Source of the DNA: Chrysomallon squamiferum
Taxonomy: Eukaryota > Animalia > Mollusca
Assembly: GCA_012295275.1 (NCBI GenBank)
Contig: CM022674.1
Span: 14,322,001 to 14,386,000, forward strand
Direction: 5' to 3'
DNA length: 64,000 nt
Shown here piece after piece: positions 12,108 to 64,000 of the stretch; positions within the stretch are counted from its first letter, which is position 1, and each line of letters starts with the position of its first letter. The position numbers were made by a program, and so were the translations under genes. The notes beneath the pieces are model-generated. The model did not search any database. It saw nothing but the letters and a program-made list of their open reading frames with translations, and was not told the DNA's origin.

Positions 12108-15100
12108 CAAAACACTTGAGAATATGATGTTAAGAGGTAACTGCAATTTATAATTAATATTTAGCTTTTTGTTTACAAGGAGGGTAACAGGTTGTTTAAT
12201 TTACAAATATTTACATAAAGATCGTAAGGTTAATTTTTAAATATTTAGCTTTTGTTCATTGTAGAATATACTTACTGAGACAAAACCTTTTGTGGTATCA
12301 AGTATATTAATTTAACTGATATTAATTTAGAAATAGCAGTCAAAAATCAACAGGTTCTATATCTTTGTTTTTTTAATTTATTGTCAGTTTATGAATAAAA
12401 TAGGTAGAAAGTTATTTCACTTTTACTTCAAAAGATAAATATCAGTTACTTAAGAAAATATAAACTTACTGTCTTTTGTATAGATATTTGTTATAGTGAT
12501 TTAATTATTTTAATTTTTTATATCTGCTTGTGTTTCTTTTAATGCTATCAGCTAATTTTTGTTTAATTAGAGTGATGAATTTTATATGGTTAAAATAAAT
12601 TTTAAGTTCTGTATATTATTTTGAAATTTCTTTTGGTAAAAACATAGTTCATATATTGATTTCAGAAAACAAACAATTTTTCTTTGGTGATTATTCCACA
12701 GCGATGTGGACTTTAATTAACACAAGACAAGAGCATTACAGTTTGAATAAGCATTAACACAAATAACAAATAATTATTTAAAAAATAACATACAAATGAG
12801 GAGAAAACAAACTGAAATGAAATAAATATGTGGTTACAGATTTAAAATGATAAAATGAAAATTAGAAACATTTATTTGGACTAGAATAATTTAGTTATGA
12901 GATTAGCAAAAACATTTGTGAAATTTAATTAACTGATTATCTTTTTAAAAAGAAAAGATGAAATTACATGTTTATTAGTATTATTAGTATCATTTTTTTT
13001 TGGTTCCTCTTCAACTGAAATATTCTTTATTTAAGACACTGGAATTACTTTTACCCCATAAAAATTAAGTGTTTAAAATTACTATTTAAAGAGAATTTCG
13101 TTTGTATTTATGAATAAAATCGAATTCTGCGGCTTTTCAGCAGACATTTGGCACATTGTTGTATTGTATAAAGTATATTTGTTAGAAAAACAAGCAATCA
13201 TCATAAATGTTTTTAAAAAAACCAATAAAAAAAAAATTAAAATATAAACAATAATAAATAAAAAATAATAAAACATAAATAAACATTATTAATAAAAACT
13301 GTATTAACAAACCCTCTGCCAACAAAAATTTAAATAAATTTTTAAATTTAACATCAATAAATAAAATAAGTAAAGAAAGGCACACATCTTTTAAGTATTG
13401 TTCAGTTATTCAGCAAAATGTAAAATCAGAAAAATACAAAATAATCACAATTTGTTAAAACTGCATATTTCTCCTTTTTTTTCTATTTTTTAAAATCAAA
13501 ATATGCAGAAAAAACTATTTGAAACAGTTTACACAAAAATAAGCTCAGTTATGAACTAAAAAGCTAAAATACTGGCAATGTAAATATATGACATCTTTTC
13601 CTCTAAACAAGCAAATAATTTACAATATTACAACTTCTCAATGAAATATACACACATCTTACTCCAGACACAAAATTTCATCACGAGTATTATTATTTAC
13701 TATAATTAACAATAAATTTACAACAAACATGCTTTAACTAGCACAAATACATTAAAAAAACAAGATGTGAAAAAGGATTAAGTATCATATTTGAAATATA
13801 CACCACTGTATAATCTAACAAGAAACACTTTTACCCTTTCATTACATGTGGAACTGAAACTGAAATTGTTTTCTTTTGAAATAATTATGAATTTTATAAG
13901 GTCTTTCAGACTAAAGATTTAATTTTGATGAAATTCTAAATATATTTAGAAAGCAGACAAATGTTATTTAAATACATTTTGTTATTAATGAGAAATAAAA
14001 ATATTCTGTGATTGTTCAGTAAATGTAAAATAAAATATAGGTCTTGTAGTTCAAAGCTTTCATCTTAATTTCAGTATCTGGAGAATAAAGAAACTCAGTA
14101 AAAACAGCTGTAAATAAACATAGCCAAATAGGTTAATATTTCATCATTGTATGTGTTATATTGTAAGTGACATAAAGTGTAAGATTTATAAAAGAATTGT
14201 AATATCCAGTTATTGCAAAATATAATGTTAGTTATTATAAACAACAAAAAACATTTTCATTTTTATTTTTAACTGATTAATGTATTAAGATATGTTTTGA
14301 TAAACATTTTTAATAACAGCAATTATTTGTTCCATATAACTGAATCATGCTTTGAGAAAACCTAAATTTATTTTCAAGTATGTTATATAATTTAGGTTTT
14401 CTTACAGTATAGTTCTATTACATGTCAACAAATCAGTGTAAATTATCACATTGAGAATGTCCATTTCCTTAATGCTAAAATAAATAAAACAGCAGTACTA
14501 TTTTCAAAGGGAAAAACAAATGCTGATAAATGTAATTTTCCCTCACAAAATGCAATAGTAATTAAATATCTAGTTACAATGAATCATAAAATTATTTGAA
14601 GTTACATTTTATCAGCTTTTGCTGATAAACATTCATTTTTATATTCTTTTCATAATAAAATATTTTTATTAAAAATGATTAATTGTTAAACTGAAACATC
14701 ATTATGCAGATGTCAATATTATGACTAATGTATCTGTATGTATGTGATGTTGTAAGTAGAAATAATTTACAACACATAAAGTAAAGCATGATACTTTATC
14801 ACTAAACCAGGATGACACAATGGAAAATTATCAATGAAGGTAATATTAACTAAGTTATTTAATATGTAAATACTGTATCGTGCAAAAAGTGAAACTAAAT
14901 ATGACTACGTGAAAGCAGAAGAAATTTTTTATAAAAGATACTGAGACATGATTTATTATGGCTTAATAAAAATAGTTTTTTTTGTTTAACGTTTTCATCA
15001 CATAAATACAAAGAAAAGAGAAAATACACACAAACACAGAGTAAGGTATTTTATAAAACTGCTTCTGAGGTATGTATTAGTGGATGAAAATGTCATGTTT

Positions 15101-15619
15101 TACTATGAAAGAAGTAATGTTTATATTATTTAAAAACATGACAAATGATTTACATCAAGTTGTAGAAATAAAAAATAATATACAGTATTTTGCATATAAT
15201 TTTGCTGCTTGTTTTGTGTCTCAAACTGAGTTATTTTGTATTTTTGGGTGTTGTTATTATCTAAATAAAATTAATTCTAAATGAAAAGTGTCTTCTTTTT
15301 GTAGCAAACTACAGAGATCATTAAAAACACAAAGTAATCCATGTTAATACTTACTAATTATTGCACAGATCAAACAAAAAATGTGACACTTTAATAAATT
15401 AGTATTTCTTTTTTAACAAGTTTCAGAGTAGAAAAGAGACTAATAACATTCTACCAGACAGAATCCATCACATTCAGAATGTATAACAACAAAACAAACT
15501 ATTTTTACGTTGTCATGTAGCAGAACTGGGACAACATATCTAATATATACAAATATCTTGATTTATTTGTGCAGATTTGAGTATTAACACTGTTTAGTTC
15601 TACTGCACAGAGCACTGTG

Positions 15620-55467
<39,848 letters not shown>

Positions 55468-56747
55468 TTTGCTATTCTGTGGTGGTGTGTTTAATAAAAT
55501 AATAATATAACTGTGATCAACAGCTGATAACGTCTGTCATGTTTTTAGTCAATCACAAACGAATCCACCTACTTCCATGTTTTTCATACGATTACCGCGA
55601 GATGGCGCTTGTTGGCCTTAAAAAGACATTTTTCATTCGTTCATCATCGGATTTGTTCGGAAATATCTCATTTCAAGATACCGCGGATTATCGTAATAAT
55701 TATTATGCATTGAGTCGTTATTTCCTTTGTTTATTACAATTAAGAGAAAAAAAAAAAAAAAAAAATGTAGTGAAATAATTATTTTCATTTTTTTATTTCC
55801 TGTGGAAATAAATCAGTTATAAAATTAAATTAATTTAATATTTTAATTTCCGAAATGTAGTAGAACTAGGAAATTCAACACAGCTACGTTTATCTATTAA
55901 TTATTCTTGCACCGTCTGCAATCTTTGGTCCTCGAAGTTTAATCAAGTACTGATGTTAGATATTATAAGATAGTCTGTGAATAATATCCTTTTTTTATGA
56001 ATAAATCATGTTTATAATATTTCTGTTAATCGAATCATCTAGATTTCATTATTAATGGTTAGTTGATGTCAAACATAATTAAATTTGTTTTTCTTGTATT
56101 TTTGTTATTCAGTATTTTTATTAATTTGTTTAGACTCGAGCACATGGGTGCACGTGACATTGGCCTATAGTTTAAAAACGGCACCACTGCTAATTGCATA
56201 GTGGCTTAGTCATAAATGCTCTGATAACATCAAATATAGCTTAGGGACTGGTTCCCCAGATTTGTATGTTTTGATGTTAACTATGATCAAATAATAGATA
56301 CGTTTGTGATAAATGTGTATTTTCAGTCATATCATATCACTAGTTTGTATTTTTAGATACATATTTTTGAGTGCAGAGCGATATGGCCATTATGTTTTCA
56401 TTGTAGTTCGTAGCTGTTACAACAAAACTCCACATATATTATTTGTAATTCCAAACAAAACAAGCGGATGTAATGTTATTGAAATAATAAAAGATATATA
56501 TCAAATATAAAAAAAAAAAAATATTCATTATATTATTATTATTAGTAGTAGTAGTAGTAGTTTTTATTTCTTTTTTTTTTTTTTTTTTAAATTAATTTAA
56601 TTTAATTTTAATCATTTCGAATGAATAAAGGTAAATGGCTTTATAATCTTATTGCTGAAGCGGAATATTTCGAAGGGATACGATGACCTTCGGGGTAAAG
56701 AGCTTACCAAAGCAAACGTGAATATACGCTTGTGGTGAATATTATTA

Positions 56748-56796
<49 letters not shown>

Positions 56797-56945
56797 GAAT
56801 GATTCGGGAATGGACGAAATATTCCTTCACGATTTTACGAAGCGGAAACACACGATATTGTTTTCCGTATAACCTTCAAAAGGTCAGGGTTACATCGGGC
56901 TTTCAAGGTCGATTCACCGGTATCGGAAGACAGTTGGTGTGTGCA
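55468..56945. promoter_or_regulatory. Divergent promoter region between ACAP (-) and enolase (+)
   Basis: Two CpG-enriched patches (~55530-55720 with GAGATGGCG; ~56615-56935) lie between head-to-head genes. The enolase ATG exon is preceded by an acceptor at ~57929, implying an upstream non-coding exon (candidate donor AAG|GTCAGG at ~56883). Confidence 0.55.
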
Positions 56946-57938
56946 ATTTTTGATTATTTTGTTTTATTTGAAAAAATTAATTTACAAGTTGCTCTGGAAT
57001 TTTTATATATAATTTATTTTGATATTCATTTTTACCATATCATTTCTAATTATTTCTGTCAGCAAAAGTTACAGTTTTGTAAGTTTCAGACATTCCATAA
57101 CTGTAATATTTTAATTAACTGCATTTGTCTCTCTTTTTCAGTTCTTGTCTTTCTTTCGTTTTTATATTTTTAAACGCTGTTTTAGTAGTCACTGACAGTT
57201 ATAAACTTAAGTTTATTTTTACTGTATTTTTATTTCACTTTTTTCTTTTTTTGTATGCTTTAATAGCATAGTTAAATGAATAAAAAAAATTATAGGCAAT
57301 TTCAAAAGAAGGACGGGGGGATGTATGTTTACTAGCTATATAACTTTCTGGTTTAAAAATATTAAAACAGTGACCAGTCATCAGTAGGTAATTCCCCAAG
57401 TTTTTTGTTTTGAAATTATATTAATAATTGATAAAATTTATAGAAGTGAATATTGTAGATAACTGTTTGATAAGGCATAGTGTTTTTCTGCAAGTAAATT
57501 GTCCAAAATGTGGATGGTTTAGTCTGTGTTTATGTAATATATAAAAATTTAAAATTAATATTATTTTTTAATTAATTTTAATAATCGGTTATGCACTTGA
57601 TTTTAATTTAAAACAAAAACTGAATGAATTAGAAATTGTTTAAAAAATAATTAATTTTCATAATTTTATTACTGTTGAACCTAATATAAAGGAAATATGT
57701 AAATGTGAAATGTAGAATATTTATTATAAAAAAGTATGTGATTGATCTTAATTAAAATTGTATAACATTTATTAATTATTTAGTTATTTTTTTCATTATT
57801 ATTATTAATGTTATATTTTTTTTTTTTTTTTATTTAAAAAAATAATATTTGAATTATAAATAAGCAAATAAATTATTTTAAGACAAAAATGAGTAAAATG
57901 TTTTAATTAGTGTTTTTTTTTTTTTTTAGTCCATCAAC

Positions 57939-63660
<5,722 letters not shown>

Positions 63661-64000
63661 GTAAGTCAAAAAAAGCTTAAAAAAACAAAAAAAAACACTT
63701 TTTAATTCAAAAGATGAATGTATCGTCTCACTGTGTTTGTAGCTGTGGTATGTTTTTCTTGTTTTATTCTTTTTAATTCTGTGTCAGTTTTAGATTATTG
63801 TTAGTGGTGGTAGTAATAGTGGTAGAAGTTGTGATTATTGAACTAGTAGTAGTATGAGTAGTAGTAGTAGTAGTAACAGCAGTAATAGTATTATGTTAGA
63901 ACAAACATTTGCAGAGTGTTTTCAGGAGATGGTATTTCACATTTGACTGAAATAAATGACTTTTCTGTTAAAACAGCACGTGTCATTACATTACCCAGTA

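Overview
AT-rich, microsatellite-dense, intron-rich animal genomic DNA, probably a mollusc or other lophotrochozoan (inference from composition and protein style). Four protein-coding genes were reconstructed by hand from splice signals. (1) A + strand multi-exon coiled-coil gene (CDS 2623-12107) resembling the synaptonemal-complex central-element protein SIX6OS1/C14orf39, with a clear U12-type intron. (2) A - strand ACAP/centaurin-beta ArfGAP gene (BAR-PH-ArfGAP-ANK; CDS 55467-15620, about 25 exons), with an 18-nt microexon and two apparent frame defects. (3) A secreted LRR protein with an intronless CDS and a very basic tail (39066-41297), nested antisense in a 14-kb ACAP intron. (4) Enolase (+, from 57939, running off the window), head-to-head with ACAP. 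The most striking pattern is that about a dozen sequence-unrelated tandem repeats start at exon-intron junctions. Most copy the splice site plus a piece of the exon into the intron, giving arrays of decoy or alternative splice sites with different predicted outcomes: in-frame insertion, immediate stop, mutated GT, or an alternative C-terminus. Most short ORFs in the track are microsatellite or repeat artefacts.
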